Source of the DNA: Cylindrospermum sp. NIES-4074
GTDB lineage: Bacteria; Cyanobacteriota; Cyanobacteriia; Cyanobacteriales; Nostocaceae
Direction: 5' to 3'
Length of the DNA stretch: 64,000 nucleotides
NCBI GenBank assembly: GCA_003994795.1
Contig: AP018269.1
Location: 1,068,725-1,132,724, forward strand
Below are positions 50,897 to 61,661 of this stretch, piece by piece. The notes beneath the pieces were generated by a model. The model ran no database searches. It was not told where the DNA came from and saw only the letters and a program-made list of their open reading frames with translations. How positions within the stretch are numbered: the stretch's first letter is position 1; each line of letters begins with the position of its first letter. The position numbers and the translations under genes were made by a program.

Positions 50897-53800
50897 CTAT
50901 GAATAAGCTTCCATTGGCAGACAAGAACAAACGAAATTCCTGTCACCAAAAGCAGCATCAATTCTTCCCACATTCGGCCAAAATTTATGTTCTTTTGTCC
51001 AAGGTGCGGGGTAAGCAGCTTGTTCGCGAGAATAGGGATGATGCCATTCTCCGGTGATGAGACTTTCGGCAGTGTGGGGTGCGTTTTTCAACACATTGTC
51101 TTGAACATCCACCTTGCCTAATTCAATAGCGGCGATTTCTTGGCGAATGGCAATTAAAGCCTCACAAAAACGGTCTAATTCTTGTTTAGATTCGCTTTCT
51201 GTGGGTTCCACCATGATTGTACCGCCCACAGGCCAGGAGACAGTCGGGGCATGGAAACCGTAGTCCATGAGACGCTTGGCGACATCATCAATATCGATGT
51301 TGGCAGATTTTTTGAGCGATCGCAAATCTAAAATACACTCATGGGCAACTAAACCATTTTTCCCTTGATATAACACGGGATAATAAGCTTCCAGTTTCTT
51401 GGCGATGTAGTTGGCGTTGAGAATTGCCACTTTCGTTGCATCCGTCAAACCAGCAGCACCCATCATGGCAATATACATCCAAGAAATTACCAAAATGCTA
51501 GCACTACCCCAAGGCGCAGCAGCAACCGCCCCAATACCTTGTGTACCAGTTATCTTGACAACAGAATGTCCAGGGAGAAAGGGGACAAGATGGGAAGCAA
51601 CACCAATGGGCCCCATACCAGGGCCACCACCACCGTGAGGAATACAGAAAGTTTTGTGCAAGTTCAAATGACAGACATCTGCACCAATATCTCCAGGGCG
51701 ACAAATTCCCACTTGGGCATTCATATTCGCCCCATCCATGTAAACTTGTCCACCGTGACTATGAATAACAGCGCAGATTTCCTGAATTGATTCCTCAAAA
51801 ACGCCGTGAGTTGAAGGATATGTCACCATTAAAGCAGCCAGTTCACGACTGTGTTTTTCTGCTTTCGCCTTCAAGTCTGCCACATCAACGTTACCTTGAG
51901 AGTCACAAGCAACTGCAACTACCTTCATTCCGCACATCACCGCACTCGCTGGGTTGGTTCCGTGTGCAGACTGGGGAATTAAACAAACGTTGCGGTGTGC
52001 TTCCCCACGGCTTTCGTGATATTCACGAATCACCAAAAGTCCTGTATACTCGCCTTGAGAACCAGCATTTGGTTGTAGAGAAATTCCCGCAAACCCAGTA
52101 ATTTCTGCTAACCATGCCTCAAGTTGCTGAAACAGGATTTGATAACCCCGTGTTTGAGATAAAGGTGCAAAAGGATGAATATTGCCAAACTCTGCCCAAG
52201 TTACCGGCATCATCTCCGCTGTAGCGTTTAACTTCATTGTGCAAGATCCCAAAGGAATCATGGATGTAGTTAAAGATAAATCCTTAGTTTCTAACTTGTG
52301 CAGATAGCGCAATAACTCAGTTTCTGAATGATAGCGGTTGAAAATGGGGTGAGTTAAGTAACTGCTTTGGCGAGTTTGGGGGAGAGATGGGGATGAAAAA
52401 GTTACTTCTTCTAAAGTAAAAGGTAGATTATCAGTATTGGCGAAAATCTGCCAAAGGTCGATTAAATCTTCTGGTGTCGTGGTTTCATCCAGAGAAATAC
52501 CAATAGCACTAGTATCAAAAACGCGCAAGTTTATATTTCTGGCTGTGGCAGCTGCGAGAATAGTTTCTAAATTCTGGGTTCCCAATTCCACCCGCAGCGT
52601 ATCAAAGAAGAATTCAGAACTGATGCTATAACCCAGACGCTTCAACCCTGCTGCTAAAATTACAGTTAGCTGGTGGATATTTTCGGCGATCGCTTTTAAT
52701 CCATCTGGCCCATGATAAACAGCATACATACTGGCCATCACCGCCAGCAAGACTTGGGCTGTGCAAATATTACTAGTAGCTTTTTCTCGGCGGATATGTT
52801 GTTCACGGGTTTGTAAAGCCAGACGCAATGCAGGCTTGCCATTAACATCTTGAGAAACACCCACAATTCGCCCTGGAACCAGCCGTTTATACTCTTCTTT
52901 GGTGGCAAAGTATGCAGCATGAGGCCCCCCAAAGCCGAAGGGAATACCAAACCGCTGTGTGCTGCCTACGGCAATATCAGCCCCAAATTCGCCGGGGGGT
53001 GTGAGTAAAGTTAAGCTTAAAGGATCTGCCGCTATCGTCACCAATGCACCTTGAGCATGGGCTGTTTCGATAAAAGCGCGGTAGTCGTAAATTGTGCCAT
53101 CAGTGGCGGGATATTGGAGAATTGCCCCAAAAATCGGTTGTTGAAAGTCAAATGTTTGATGGTTGCCAACAATGAGGTTAATTCCCAAGGGTTGCGCCCT
53201 AGTTTGCAACACGTCGATGGTTTGGGGATGGCATTCCTCAGAGACAAAATAGCCGACAGCCTTATTTTTGCTGACACCATAACTGAGACTCATGGCTTCT
53301 GCTGCTGCTGTTGCTTCATCCAGTAAGGAAGCGTTGGCAATTTCCAAACCTGTCAAGTCAATAATCATGGTTTGGAAATTCAGCAGTGCTTCTAGTCTAC
53401 CTTGGGCAATTTCTGGTTGATAAGGAGTGTAAGCAGTATACCAACCGGGGTTTTCGAGGATATTCCGTTGAATTACTGGGGGAGTAATACAGTCGTAATA
53501 TCCAGTACCGATGAATGAACGGAAAACCTGATTTTTATCAGCGATTTGCTTTAACTTTGCCAGTGCAGCATACTCGCTTTGTGCTTCTGGTAACTGTAGC
53601 GCTTTGGTTAGCCGAATTGCCTGTGGCACTGTGGCATCAATGAGGGTATCAAGACTCTCAAACCCCAGTACATCAAGCATTTGCTGGATATCGTCAGAGT
53701 TTGGGCCTATGTGCCTTTGGGCAAAATTATTTAACTTTTGACTCTTATTATCTAGAATTTGGCGATCGCTAGACTGAGTACGAGGAACATAAATTACCAC
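50897..53800 (-). CDS. gcvP: glycine dehydrogenase (decarboxylating), glycine cleavage system P protein
   Basis: Full-length about 960 aa with both PLP-dependent halves ('[24 protein letters not shown]'). Confidence 0.95.
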   Translation of the reverse strand: MVIYVPRTQSSDRQILDNKSQKLNNFAQRHIGPNSDDIQQMLDVLGFESLDTLIDATVPQAIRLTKALQLPEAQSEYAALAKLKQIADKNQVFRSFIGTGYYDCITPPVIQRNILENPGWYTAYTPYQPEIAQGRLEALLNFQTMIIDLTGLEIANASLLDEATAAAEAMSLSYGVSKNKAVGYFVSEECHPQTIDVLQTRAQPLGINLIVGNHQTFDFQQPIFGAILQYPATDGTIYDYRAFIETAHAQGALVTIAADPLSLTLLTPPGEFGADIAVGSTQRFGIPFGFGGPHAAYFATKEEYKRLVPGRIVGVSQDVNGKPALRLALQTREQHIRREKATSNICTAQVLLAVMASMYAVYHGPDGLKAIAENIHQLTVILAAGLKRLGYSISSEFFFDTLRVELGTQNLETILAAATARNINLRVFDTSAIGISLDETTTPEDLIDLWQIFANTDNLPFTLEEVTFSSPSLPQTRQSSYLTHPIFNRYHSETELLRYLHKLETKDLSLTTSMIPLGSCTMKLNATAEMMPVTWAEFGNIHPFAPLSQTRGYQILFQQLEAWLAEITGFAGISLQPNAGSQGEYTGLLVIREYHESRGEAHRNVCLIPQSAHGTNPASAVMCGMKVVAVACDSQGNVDVADLKAKAEKHSRELAALMVTYPSTHGVFEESIQEICAVIHSHGGQVYMDGANMNAQVGICRPGDIGADVCHLNLHKTFCIPHGGGGPGMGPIGVASHLVPFLPGHSVVKITGTQGIGAVAAAPWGSASILVISWMYIAMMGAAGLTDATKVAILNANYIAKKLEAYYPVLYQGKNGLVAHECILDLRSLKKSANIDIDDVAKRLMDYGFHAPTVSWPVGGTIMVEPTESESKQELDRFCEALIAIRQEIAAIELGKVDVQDNVLKNAPHTAESLITGEWHHPYSREQAAYPAPWTKEHKFWPNVGRIDAAFGDRNFVCSCLPMEAYS

Positions 53801-53931
53801 AAACTGCTCTCCAGACGCTACTAATTAATATTTTGCAACAAATACTCAAGACAAGTCAGGGGTAATTCATCTGTTTATCTAAATTTTTATAATTTATTTC
53901 CTGACGGTGTGCCTTTACCAATAGGGTGACG

Positions 53932-54036
53932 GGGGAGAAATTCAAAATCACTCCCCACTCCCCACTCCTCACTCCTCACTCCTCACTCCTCACTCCTCAC
54001 TCCTCACTCCTCACTCAGCACTCAGCACTCAGCACT
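53932..54036. repeat. STRR heptamer tract (cactcct x~8, then cagcact x4)
   Basis: Directly visible. It generates the spurious ORF 53926..54282. Confidence 0.85.
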
Positions 54037-54161
54037 CAGCAACGCCAGTCCGACGCCACTTGCTTCAACGGGGGGAACCCCCGCAACGCAGTGGCTCCTC
54101 AAGTCGGGAAACCCGCCCACGCGGCTGGCTCCTCAGCACTCAGCACTTTAGCCGAAGCATC
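54037..54161 (-). repeat. GC-rich dispersed repeat (element B), copy 2, reverse orientation
   Basis: Reverse complement of 42776..42909 with 2-3 mismatches. Confidence 0.7.
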
Positions 54162-54176
54162 GAGCACTCCTTACTC

Positions 54177-54569
54177 CTACACCCCTTCTACTTGGGCACT
54201 ATACTCATCTGCTGTCAAGGTATCCTCAAAAACTTCGCCAGGGTCATTGACACGCACTTTTACAAACCACCCTTCGCGGTAGGGGTCATCAGTTATTTGT
54301 TCGGTATCGTCAATTAAGGGGTCATTGCGTTCTATTACCGTACCAGTCACTGGAGAATTTAGTTCTTCCACAGCTTTCACAGATTCAATTGTGCCAAACC
54401 TATCTCCCTTGGTAATAGCGTCACCAACATCTGGCAGTTCCAAAAACACAATATCACCCAATTGCTCAACGGCAAACTCAGTAATGCCAATGGTGGCAAT
54501 ATCGCCATCTATCCGCACATACTCATGAGAATCTAAATATCTCAAATCTTGAGGATATTCAAAAGACAT
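54177..54569 (-). CDS. gcvH: glycine cleavage system H protein (copy adjacent to gcvP)
   Basis: Lipoyl-lysine motif '[17 protein letters not shown]'. Full H-protein length. Confidence 0.9.
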   Translation of the reverse strand: MSFEYPQDLRYLDSHEYVRIDGDIATIGITEFAVEQLGDIVFLELPDVGDAITKGDRFGTIESVKAVEELNSPVTGTVIERNDPLIDDTEQITDDPYREGWFVKVRVNDPGEVFEDTLTADEYSAQVEGV

Positions 54570-54689
54570 AACACTTCACCTTACACATTAAAAAAATTTA
54601 GTGTCCCAAAATTAATCCCAGCCATATCTAGGAATGAACCTGGCTGGAGATTAAGTAACTCACAACACATTATTCCTCAAAACCGCTAT

Positions 54690-54842
54690 GGTGATCAGTT
54701 GTTAACACGATTTTTTGAGCGATAAAAGGGACGTTTCACCACAACTGCGGGGTAAGCTTTACCGCGAATTTCTACGAAAAGCGCCTTTCCCACGGTTGCA
54801 AACTCGGTGGGAACGTAGCCTAAAGCTATGGGATAACTGAGT
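54690..54842 (-). pseudogene. duplicated 3' fragment of gcvT (about 50 codons), with the duplicated gcvT-gcvH intergenic region
   Basis: 54590..54842 aligns at about 90% identity with 55625..55862 (gcvT C-terminal codons + spacer). There is no upstream gcvT body. Confidence 0.6.
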
Positions 54843-55210
54843 GTAGGGGACACGCCTCTCCATTGGTGTCAACTTAAGCTAGAAATCCTTTGTCCGTTGG
54901 TTTACACACCCGCCCACACCCGCCTGGAAATGAATTAGCCTACGGCAACGCTACGCGAACAAGGCTAATAGCCAAAGTCTACTGAAGTAGACTAAAGATT
55001 TTTCGGGATATTTAGTCATCTTGAGATGACTTTTGTTATTAGCAAGGAACTTCAGTTCCTTGCGGGACATGAGTTTTCCCTTAAGTTGATACCAATGCAC
55101 CTTCTCGTTCTCAGACTCCGACTGTACTCTGTATGGGAACGAGAAGGCGTAAAACACAGGGTTTACAAAGTTTTTCTCCTTAAGTTGACACGTATGAGCA
55201 TTGTTGTGCC

Positions 55211-55606
55211 CTAATCCTCACTGCCTTCAACCAGGGCGCTATACTCATCTGCTGTCAATGCATCTTCAATAGCTTCTAAATCATTGAGGCGCACCTTCAG
55301 AAACCACCCCGTACCGTAGGGATCATCTCCTGTATCTTCAGGATTATCAATCAAGGGTTGATTGCGTTCTATAACTGTACCGCTCACTGGTGAATAAAGT
55401 GTTTCCACAGCTTTCACTGATTCAATTGTGCCCAAACTATCCCCCCTGGCAACAGTGACACCAACTTCTAGCAGGTCTAAAAACACGATATCACCCATTT
55501 GATTAAGGGCATACTGCGTCACACCAATGGTGGCAATATCGTCCTCTATCCGCACATATTCATGAGAATCAAAGTAGCTCAAATCTTGAGGGTATTGCAA
55601 AGCCAT
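55211..55606 (-). CDS. gcvH: glycine cleavage system H protein, second copy (about 70% aa identity to the first)
   Basis: 'ESVKAVETLYSPVSGTV' lipoyl motif. Directly downstream of gcvT. Confidence 0.85.
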   Translation of the reverse strand: MALQYPQDLSYFDSHEYVRIEDDIATIGVTQYALNQMGDIVFLDLLEVGVTVARGDSLGTIESVKAVETLYSPVSGTVIERNQPLIDNPEDTGDDPYGTGWFLKVRLNDLEAIEDALTADEYSALVEGSED

Positions 55607-55712
55607 AACTATTCCCCTTACGAGTTAAAAAATGAGTTTACCTACCTGCCACATCTGGGAATGAACCAGCGTTGAGATTAAGTAACCCACAACACATTAT
55701 TCCTCAAAAACA

Positions 55713-56867
55713 TCAGCTGGCACGATTTTTTGAGCGATAAAAAGGACGTTTCACCACAACTGCGGGGTAAGCTTTCCCGCGAATTTCCACGAATAGCGCC
55801 TTTCCCACGGTTGCAAACTCGGCGGGAACGTAGCCTAAAGCTATGGGATAACTGAGTGTGGGCGATAAAGTCCCACTGCTAACTTCTCCAATAAATTCAC
55901 CTGCGGCTAAGATGGGGTAGCCGTGACGGGCTATATTTCGTCCTGGGGTTTGCAAACCTACCAAACGGCGTTTTACCCCAATTGCTTTTTGCTGTGCCAA
56001 AACTTCCCGCCCAATAAAATCATCTTTGGTATCTAGATGAACTAACCACCCTAAACCGGCTTCTAAGGGGGTGGTGGTGTCGTCGATATCTTGTCCATAA
56101 AGTGCCATTGCTGCTTCTAGACGCAGGGTATCTCTTGCACCAAGTCCGCAAGGGATGACACCAACATTATAGAGATGTTGCCATAATTCTATCCCTACCT
56201 CTGGGTCTACCATCACTTCAAATCCATCTTCCCCGGTGTAACCTGTACGGGCTAGGAAAGCGGGTTTACCCAATACTGTTGTTTCTAAATGTCCAAAGGC
56301 TTTAACGGGTGTTAAGTCTGCTGCTACCACTGACTGGAGATAGCTTGTGGCTTGGGGCCCTTGGACGGCAATTAAGGCTTTGGCTGGGGAAATGTCTTGG
56401 AATTGCACTTCATTAGTATCAAGATGTGGTAAAATCCATCCCTTGTCTTTAGCAGTGGTGGCAGCATTAACGATTATTACCGCCTTTTGAGTGCCAGTGG
56501 GGTCTGTACCTTGGTAATAAATGATGATGTCGTCAATAATTCCGGCTTGGGGATTTAATAATACGGTGTATTGGGCTTGACCAGGTTGCAAGCGACTCAA
56601 ATCTGAGGGAACTAAGGGCTGGAGTTGGGAAATCAGGTTTTTACCTTGGAGGGTAAATTTTCCCATGTGGGAAATATCGAACATCCCGGCTGTATTTCTC
56701 ACAGCGTGGTGTTCTTGGATGATGCCGCTATATTGCACCGGCATTTCCCAACCGCCAAAGCTGGTAAAGCGGGCTTTGAGTTCTACACCCAATTGATATA
56801 AAGGGGTTCGCGCCAGGGATTCAGTGATATGTTCTTGATTAGCCACAGGTATTTTATGCGATCGCAC
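55713..56867 (-). CDS. gcvT: aminomethyltransferase, glycine cleavage system T protein
   Basis: 'TPLYQLGVELKARFTSFGGWEMPVQY', 'GMFDISHMGKF', and a full-length T protein. Confidence 0.9.
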   Translation of the reverse strand: MRSHKIPVANQEHITESLARTPLYQLGVELKARFTSFGGWEMPVQYSGIIQEHHAVRNTAGMFDISHMGKFTLQGKNLISQLQPLVPSDLSRLQPGQAQYTVLLNPQAGIIDDIIIYYQGTDPTGTQKAVIIVNAATTAKDKGWILPHLDTNEVQFQDISPAKALIAVQGPQATSYLQSVVAADLTPVKAFGHLETTVLGKPAFLARTGYTGEDGFEVMVDPEVGIELWQHLYNVGVIPCGLGARDTLRLEAAMALYGQDIDDTTTPLEAGLGWLVHLDTKDDFIGREVLAQQKAIGVKRRLVGLQTPGRNIARHGYPILAAGEFIGEVSSGTLSPTLSYPIALGYVPAEFATVGKALFVEIRGKAYPAVVVKRPFYRSKNRAS

Positions 56868-56943
56868 CTCAACATCTCTCTATCCTACGTAGTGCGGTTT
56901 AATAGTTAATGGTGGATTTGTTGAGATTTATTAACAACTGATT

Positions 56944-57441
56944 ATGAAGTATAGCCAAATACTAGCTAGTTTTGTCTTAGCTATGGTGCTTTTTTTGTCT
57001 CCCCTAACGGCGCAAGCCGCGAGTTCTTCGAGTGTTATCCGTAATTTTGGGAATGAAGAACTCAACGGTAAGGATTATTCTGGGAAAAGTTTAATCGGGA
57101 TTGAGTTTAGCAATGTGGATTTAAAGACAGCCAATTTTAGCAATGCTGATTTACGGGGTGTGGTGTTTAACGGGACTTTTTTAGAGGGTGCAAATCTGCA
57201 TGGTGTGGATTTTAGTGAAGGTATTGCCTATTTGGTAAATTTCAAGGGGGCTGATTTGAGTGATGCGGTGTTGACTGATGCGATGATGTTGCGATCGCTT
57301 TTTGATGATGTTAATGTCACTAATGCTGATTTCACAAACGCTGTTTTGGATGGTGTGCAGGTGAAGAAGCTTTGCGCTAAAGCCAGCGGTGTGAATTCTA
57401 AGACTGGTGTGGATACTCGTGAGTCTTTAGGTTGTAGGTAG
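56944..57441 (+). CDS. pentapeptide-repeat protein with signal peptide (thylakoid-lumen type)
   Basis: Signal 'LSPLTAQAAS' followed by A(D/N)LxG pentapeptide repeats. Confidence 0.75.
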   Translation: MKYSQILASFVLAMVLFLSPLTAQAASSSSVIRNFGNEELNGKDYSGKSLIGIEFSNVDLKTANFSNADLRGVVFNGTFLEGANLHGVDFSEGIAYLVNFKGADLSDAVLTDAMMLRSLFDDVNVTNADFTNAVLDGVQVKKLCAKASGVNSKTGVDTRESLGCR

Positions 57442-57549
57442 GGTTTTACCCCCTTTCTCTGTTTGTGGGGAAGGGGGGCGTGAGGTTTCCTCTGTTGTAG
57501 CAACTGGCGTCAAAGTGTCCGTCGCAGAGGAGGAGGGGAGAAAGATGAG

Positions 57550-58170
57550 TTACCCCGTCCACGCAGCTTGAAAAAAGTCACGCTCGCAGAGCATAGCGTA
57601 GCGGTATGTTGAGTAGACTAACGTTGTCGCACTAGCGTAATTTTCCACTAAACTTTCTAATTGTTGTGCCAACGGTTGAAAGTCTGCACTGCTGTAAGTG
57701 CGAATCCAGTTTGCATAGGAGTGATTGGGAATGCCATCAACAGCTAACTGTTCTCCCAAAAAAGCATACAAACGCATACAGGGGGACATAGCCGCAGCCG
57801 TTAAACCCACGTCTCCACCCCAAGCAGTAGCTAACAAAAAGTCAGTGTAGCGACGGGTAGCGGTTCCTGGTTCCAAGTCGCGCAAATTGACTCCCCACTG
57901 AGTAGCATAGCTTTCATGTAAATGAAGTTCTTCCATAACTCCGCCAGCTAGGTTGTGAAATGTAGTGAATCCTAACCAGTCTGGGGACTTGGCAGCCGCT
58001 ACGCTGTAAGCACGGGCAAAAGCTTCTAAGAAAAAAGCATCTTGTCCAATGTAGTAGGCAAATTTCTCAGGCTCCAAAGTACCATCACCAATACCCTGTA
58101 CAAAAGGATGCTCTAGACAAGCTAGGGCTAAGTCTTCATTTGCTGCCCATAATTCAGTAGATAAAGTCAT
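57550..58170 (-). CDS. tenA: TenA-family thiaminase II / aminopyrimidine aminohydrolase
   Basis: 'FAYYIGQDAFFLEAFARAY' and the C-terminal 'NWIRTYSS' TenA pattern. Confidence 0.75.
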   Translation of the reverse strand: MTLSTELWAANEDLALACLEHPFVQGIGDGTLEPEKFAYYIGQDAFFLEAFARAYSVAAAKSPDWLGFTTFHNLAGGVMEELHLHESYATQWGVNLRDLEPGTATRRYTDFLLATAWGGDVGLTAAAMSPCMRLYAFLGEQLAVDGIPNHSYANWIRTYSSADFQPLAQQLESLVENYASATTLVYSTYRYAMLCERDFFQAAWTG

Positions 58171-58663
58171 TAGTCAGTTATGGCAAAGTGCAAAGTGCTG
58201 AGTGCTGAGTGCTGAGTGCTCGATGCTTCGGCTGAAGTGCTGAGTGTATAAACCCAGATGAAGAAGGCAGGAGGCAGGAGGCAGAAGGTTTTTTTGCAGG
58301 AGGGGATTCCAACCCCTCCTGAAAAAGAGCCACCAAATTGAAAATTTGCTGGGGGTCTTAAACCCTTGTTCCCTTTGGTCACCTCCGGAAACCGAGGGCA
58401 GTTTTCCTCCTGCCTCCTGCCCTCTGCCTCCTGCCTTCTTTGATAAATTTGGACTAATAATCACTTATATTTATCCTTTTAAAAACAAAGAGTATTTGCT
58501 CTTATCTTTTGGTCAGCGTACATTGAAAGTCATCAGCTTAAACACAGATAGAAATAACTCTTGGAAGGTGCATCATGAATCCATTTAAAACAGTATTGTC
58601 AAACCGCATTGAGACAAAAGTAGTTAACAGACCTCATGTTATTTTACAATCCTCAAACAAAAG

Positions 58664-58951
58664 ATGAAAGTTTTCCCAATTTCTCTAGTGGTCTTAGTAT
58701 TTTTAATCAACTTAGTAGTTGCTTGCCCCTCTTGGGCAGAAACACCTCCTTCCTTAGTTAGTAATTCTGACTATTTTCAAGTAGGACAAAAAGTGATTTG
58801 GCTTTATAAGCCTCGCGCAGATTCTGCCGATGTCCAAAGAATTCCTGCCGAGATAGTTAAGCTAGGCTCCAAGCAAGTACAAATTAAGGTGTCTAAACGC
58901 AACAATGAATTTACCAATCGTTGGGTGAATCCAAATAAGCTGGAAAATTAA
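58664..58951 (+). CDS. small secreted hypothetical protein (95 aa)
   Basis: Signal peptide ending 'ACPSWA'. Paralogous signal to the next gene. Confidence 0.4.
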   Translation: MKVFPISLVVLVFLINLVVACPSWAETPPSLVSNSDYFQVGQKVIWLYKPRADSADVQRIPAEIVKLGSKQVQIKVSKRNNEFTNRWVNPNKLEN

Positions 58952-59050
58952 TCCAATGCCTTCAACTTTACTAAAGTATTAAGCAACTTCCAACTTTCTC
59001 ATCTCGTTTTTTGTTGAAACAAACCGTAATTTCCAATCAAGAAGAAAAAT

Positions 59051-59674
59051 ATGCACTTTCTCAAAATTGTCTTTGTGGCTTTCGTACTGCTCGTGAACTT
59101 GGTGATTGCTCCACCTTCTTGGGCAAGCAAGGATTTCACCAAAGGGGCTGACTACGCTGAGGTAACTCAGGCGCTCAATGAACTTTTACAAGCTAAGGAT
59201 ACACCAGAGCAAGCTGGCTATACACCAGAGCAATTTCAGCAGCGGCTGGCACAATTGCAGTCTCAAAAGAATGTCATGGAAACTGCAAATAAGCGGGCGC
59301 AGTGCCGTAATGAAACTGGAAAAACCTTGGCTGTTTATGCCAATAAACCGAAAAAATCTCTAACCCAACTTTACTTTTTGGGGGCAGGAAAAATCACTGA
59401 TGATGATTGGGATTGCGATGGCATTTACTTACCCGCAGGTTCTCAGGTAGTTCTGAATCCGAATGCTCAACCACAACAGCTGACTGAACCAATCGCTGTC
59501 AAGTTTGTTGATGGTACACAGTCTGTTGCTAGAACTAATGCAGCAACTAATGCGATTGAATTGAATGTTGAACCTGCTAAAGTCTTCAAGGCGGGTGAAA
59601 GTAACTGGTTACTGCCCACGTTATCTCAAGCAGATATTGATAGACAAATCCCCAGTCCAGGACTCATTGACTAA
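59051..59674 (+). CDS. secreted hypothetical protein (207 aa)
   Basis: Signal peptide ending 'APPSWA'. No recognisable domain. Confidence 0.45.
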   Translation: MHFLKIVFVAFVLLVNLVIAPPSWASKDFTKGADYAEVTQALNELLQAKDTPEQAGYTPEQFQQRLAQLQSQKNVMETANKRAQCRNETGKTLAVYANKPKKSLTQLYFLGAGKITDDDWDCDGIYLPAGSQVVLNPNAQPQQLTEPIAVKFVDGTQSVARTNAATNAIELNVEPAKVFKAGESNWLLPTLSQADIDRQIPSPGLID

Positions 59675-59865
59675 TCTTCGCTCTTGCCGTTGAATTTGCC
59701 CCCGGAGCTTTTGTAAAACCTAGCTCTTGAGGGGCATTTACTCCTTGATTAGCGATGAGTGCGACCTGGATATATTGTATGAATTCAACCAAGATTAGCG
59801 ATCGCCACATTAAGGTGCGCTTCTCGACAAGAAGCTCCGAAGACAGCGGAGCTTTCAACGTTATT

Positions 59866-60633
59866 TTAATCTTCAGGTAGGGTGAGAATTTCCACACCAT
59901 CTTCTGTCACTGCCAGGGTATGCTCAAATTGAGCCGAAAGTTGGCGATCGCGCGTTACGGCAGTCCAACCATCATTTAACATCTCAACTTCGTAAGTACC
60001 CTCATTAATCATCGGCTCAATAGTAAACACCATTCCTGCCCTCAGGCGTTTACCCTTATCTCGTACACCATAGTGAGGAATATCCGGCGCTGTGTGGAAA
60101 ATATTACTAATTCCATGTCCGACGAAATCACGCACCACAGAAAAGCCCTGAGCCTCAGCGTACTCTTGAATAGCTGCCCCAATATCCCCAATGCGTGCCC
60201 CTGGTTTCACCTCAGCAATACCCAAATAAAGGCATTTCTCTGTCACCTCCACAAGCTTTCTCGTTTTAGGGGATGGAGTTCCCACAAAGAATGTCTTAGA
60301 TGTATCACCGTGATAGCCATCAATAATTGGTGTCACATCAATATTGATAATGTCACCTTCTTTGAGAATCTGTTTACCATGAGGAATACCGTGACAGATG
60401 ACCTCATTGACACTAGTGCAAATCGACTTGGGAAAACCCTTGTAGCCTAGAGGTGCGCTTTTAGCCCCGTGTGCTTGCGTCCAACGTTCAGCTTCATCAT
60501 TGAGTTGCAGAGTACTCACCCCCGGCTTCACCAACGGTTCGAGATGTTGTAGCAACTTAGCAGCCAAGCGTCCAGCCTGACGCATTTTTTCTATTTCTCG
60601 TCGGGATAAAATTGTGATTAGTTCAGTTTTCAT
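59866..60633 (-). CDS. map: methionine aminopeptidase type I
   Basis: Metal ligands in 'DIGAAIQEY', 'GHGIS' and 'FTIEPMIN' contexts. Confidence 0.9.
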   Translation of the reverse strand: MKTELITILSRREIEKMRQAGRLAAKLLQHLEPLVKPGVSTLQLNDEAERWTQAHGAKSAPLGYKGFPKSICTSVNEVICHGIPHGKQILKEGDIINIDVTPIIDGYHGDTSKTFFVGTPSPKTRKLVEVTEKCLYLGIAEVKPGARIGDIGAAIQEYAEAQGFSVVRDFVGHGISNIFHTAPDIPHYGVRDKGKRLRAGMVFTIEPMINEGTYEVEMLNDGWTAVTRDRQLSAQFEHTLAVTEDGVEILTLPED

Positions 60634-60653
60634 GGAATTAGATTTACTTGCCC

Positions 60654-61661
60654 TTATAAAAATATAGTTAAACCTGTTTGTGCAGATCGTTGTACAGCGT
60701 CAGCAACTTTCAGGGTGTATAAGCTCTCTTCTGGGGTGACATACAAGGGAGTGCCATCAAAAAGATGATCTAACACCATTCTCGTGTCTTTAGCAAACAA
60801 ACCCTTACGAGTACCAACCTCGATCAGAGTTGTTTCCTCTGGCTGCACAAAAAGTCCTGTGTCACCGTCAAAAATTAAGCCGCCCTTTTGGCCATGAACT
60901 TCAAATTTGCGTTCTGAGCGCCAGAGGGTTTCACCTTTACCATAGATTACTTGTGCCAACAGTCCACTGTCAAAGCACAGTTGAGCTATGCAAAAACAGG
61001 TTTGGTAATATTCTGATTCTATTTCCCAATATCGCTGATGACAGTTGACTGTGACGACTTTACCAAACAAATCAATCAGACGGTGTAATCGAGAAATAGC
61101 TCCAATCAAGGGAAAGCCAAACATCTCATGGTGATAAGTCCACTTGCGGGGTGCGGGATGCTGGGGATTAATCGTGCTGTAGCGGACATAAAATACTTCG
61201 CCAACTTTGGCTAAATGCTGCTTCAAAGCTTGATGCAAGCCGCCCAAGAGTTCAATATGTTCGACGTGTAGTAATTTGTTTTGTGCTTTGGCTAAGGCGA
61301 TTAATTCCTCAGCTTCGCTCACGTCTACAGAAAGCGGGTATTCTACAACCACATTTTTGCCGCTAGCAAGTGCCGCATGAGCAATTTTACCATGATCTCG
61401 GTTAATGGTGGAGATGACGACTAAATCCACATCATCACGCTCTACTAGCTGTGGCCAAGAACTGATCACCTCAGCCTGATATTCTTGGGCAAAGGCTGCT
61501 GTTTTGTCAGGGGTATGACCAACAATAGCAACAAGATGCGATCGCTCATCCAGCAGCAATGCCTCAGCCCGTAACTTTGCCGCATACCCTGTACCCACCA
61601 ACCCCACGCGCACTCTTGACTTGGACAAAGGTGCTTGTTGACTATACATGCTCATTACCAA
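60654..61661 (-). CDS. Gfo/Idh/MocA-family NAD(P)-dependent oxidoreductase
   Basis: 'RVGLVGTGYAAKLRAEAL' Rossmann N-terminus with the characteristic C-terminal alpha/beta domain. Confidence 0.85.
   Translation of the reverse strand: MVMSMYSQQAPLSKSRVRVGLVGTGYAAKLRAEALLLDERSHLVAIVGHTPDKTAAFAQEYQAEVISSWPQLVERDDVDLVVISTINRDHGKIAHAALASGKNVVVEYPLSVDVSEAEELIALAKAQNKLLHVEHIELLGGLHQALKQHLAKVGEVFYVRYSTINPQHPAPRKWTYHHEMFGFPLIGAISRLHRLIDLFGKVVTVNCHQRYWEIESEYYQTCFCIAQLCFDSGLLAQVIYGKGETLWRSERKFEVHGQKGGLIFDGDTGLFVQPEETTLIEVGTRKGLFAKDTRMVLDHLFDGTPLYVTPEESLYTLKVADAVQRSAQTGLTIFL

Noticed and set aside
51411-53326. Numerous short ORFs inside gcvP on both strands
   Set aside because: They are all nested within the full-length, well-conserved gcvP reading frame.
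53926-54317. ORFs 53926..54282 and 54060..54317
   Set aside because: They are generated by in-frame reading of STRR heptamers (cactcct/cagcact) and repeat element B. They also overlap gcvH on the opposite strand.
56868-56943. Glycine riboswitch upstream of gcvT
   Set aside because: The 75-nt leader lacks the conserved GGAGAG / CACCG(A)AGGGGCAA aptamer cores and is too short for a tandem aptamer.
58170-58588. ORFs 58170..58382, 58174..58464 and 58346..58588
   Set aside because: They span gctgagt and ggcagga heptamer tracts, and their translations are repeat-driven (SAEASSTQHSALST...). No coding signal.
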